Position numbers and translations under genes: made by a program. A DNA stretch of 63,709 nt, filler included, from Choristocarpus tenellus KU-1152 (lineage: Eukaryota; Protista; Phaeophyceae): the NCBI GenBank assembly GCA_964200185.2. It is 10 parts of 10 records of this genome, joined end to end, with 100 filler letters (N's around TTAATTAATTAA, not from the genome) between each part and the next. Parts side by side here need not be neighbours in the genome. Positions count along the whole stretch, not along the records: positions 60,745 to 63,709 come from CAXNAD020023315.1; 9 more parts are not named here. One strand, 5' to 3'. The notes below the pieces were generated by a model. The model had not been told where the DNA came from, ran no database searches, and saw nothing but the letters and a program-made list of their open reading frames with translations. Below, one piece after another: positions 62,328-63,709 of the stretch (its first letter is position 1; every line of letters starts with the position of its first letter).

Positions 62328-63709
62328 CTACCAGGACAGGCAGTACATACACACGGGTCCAAGACAGACAGCCTAAAGTGGGCGGGGGATACAATGAGCA
62401 CGACTTCAAAGGCTTCACTAACAGGAGGAACAATGATCAGGGGTAACAGTAGGGGTTTGAAGGTTTTCCAATAAGGGCAGCAGAAAGAGGAGAAGAAAAA
62501 ATAGACAAAAGGGGAAAATATATATCATCAACACCAAAAAAGAAGAAGGAACAAAGCGCAGACTGGATGTAGCATGCTACTGAAGTAGTGAATGTTCCTG
62601 AGGCAGAATGGAATGAAGTGTGGGGGTGGGGGTAGCAGGAGCATTGCCAGTGCACGTAGGACTGGTGGGCCTAATACTAGCTCAAGTTCAGAGCGATAAT
62701 GCTCAGGTGCTGTTTCTAACCAGAAAAGTAATTGGAAGTGTAACCTTCAGAAATACCGATTAGAAAGAAGTGCAGCACTAATGGAACTTAGAGAGTATTT
62801 TCTTCAATGCTGTAGGTGGATTGATGCATACGATAATGAGTGTGTACCTCATAGGAGAAGATAGGTACTGTTGCATGCCAATTCGAGCCTGCATTGCTCA
62901 GCCTAATGTATATTGCACTATTTTTTTTACATGACTACATGGTTCTCTCACTGATACATCAAGGTACACCAGAGGAGGAATTGATCAGGAGGAGTGATCA
63001 GAGGAGGAAGTGACCACATATCCACCCAGTACCACATTGCCACCCCAACAACATGAAAGGCTCAAAGTAACAATAACAACAATAATAAAATTGTAATCGA
63101 ATATACTTACATCCCTAACCCTAACCCTAAACAACTTCCCCCCCCCAAAAAATAATATATCAAAGAGTATCAACAACCATCAGAAAAAGGAAAGACAATA
63201 CGTCCTTCAACATCACCACCCTCATATTCTCCAATACTCACTACGCCCACACAACACAACACCAGACCACACCACACAACAAAACAGTACTCTTCAAGGG
63301 GTCAAGTGTGTTATGGTCAAGTGTGTTATGACACTTGATTCAATAAAAAAAAAAACACACACACACAGACACACTTCCAATAGATAGCCATGATTTGCTG
63401 TAGAAAGAACGCCCTCCGTGTTGTGAACACCCTTGACAACAGAATCCTAAAACTCTATCCTAACCCTAACCCTAACCTACTACCTTTCCATTTCAAGATC
63501 ATGCCTGCATCTACCACACCTCTGTGCCACAAAGGTGTTCCAAGCCTTGGCAGGCAATTGCCTTTGAAATCCTGGTTAACAACAAGACACCAATGCACTC
63601 AAACGGACCCACCCTCACTGGAAAAAAAAAAACTCGCCATTCTTTTGAAACCTCATCTCATTTTTAACCATTTCACTACAACACAACACAACTGGTTACA
63701 GAACCCCCC

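Noticed and set aside
63484-63571. Possible further dynein exon
   Set aside because: Splice sites are plausible but the frame and motif are ambiguous

Overview
Eukaryotic nuclear DNA from an intron-rich photosynthetic stramenopile, most plausibly a brown alga or close relative. This is inferred from a DXR with a signal peptide + Phe plastid-targeting motif, dynein heavy chain exons, GT-AG introns and TTAGGG repeats. The window is not contiguous: ten contigs are joined by nine artificial 100-bp N44-TTAATTAATTAA-N44 linkers, so adjacency across gaps means nothing. Genes: 3' part of an ABCB/MDR transporter, complete MFSD5/MOT2-like transporter, partial SAM-domain gene, complete 11-exon DXR, PX+TBC RabGAP, F-box/LRR protein, 3' end of a UHRF1-like RING protein, part of a large WW/F-box/beta-helix protein, dynein heavy chain exons and two identical tRNA-Gln(CTG) genes. 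Repeats: Copia, Gypsy, LINE and pogo relics, a Sola2-like MITE family at most contig breaks, minisatellites and many interstitial telomeric tracts. Top leads: (1) a UHRF1-like gene together with strong CpG depletion in gene bodies and TEs but CpG-rich promoters, suggesting CG maintenance methylation with CpG islands; (2) a decayed 28S rRNA fragment fused directly to an RTE-LINE 3' end; (3) unusual PX-TBC and WW-F-box-beta-helix architectures. Exon coordinates were derived by hand and no database searches were run.
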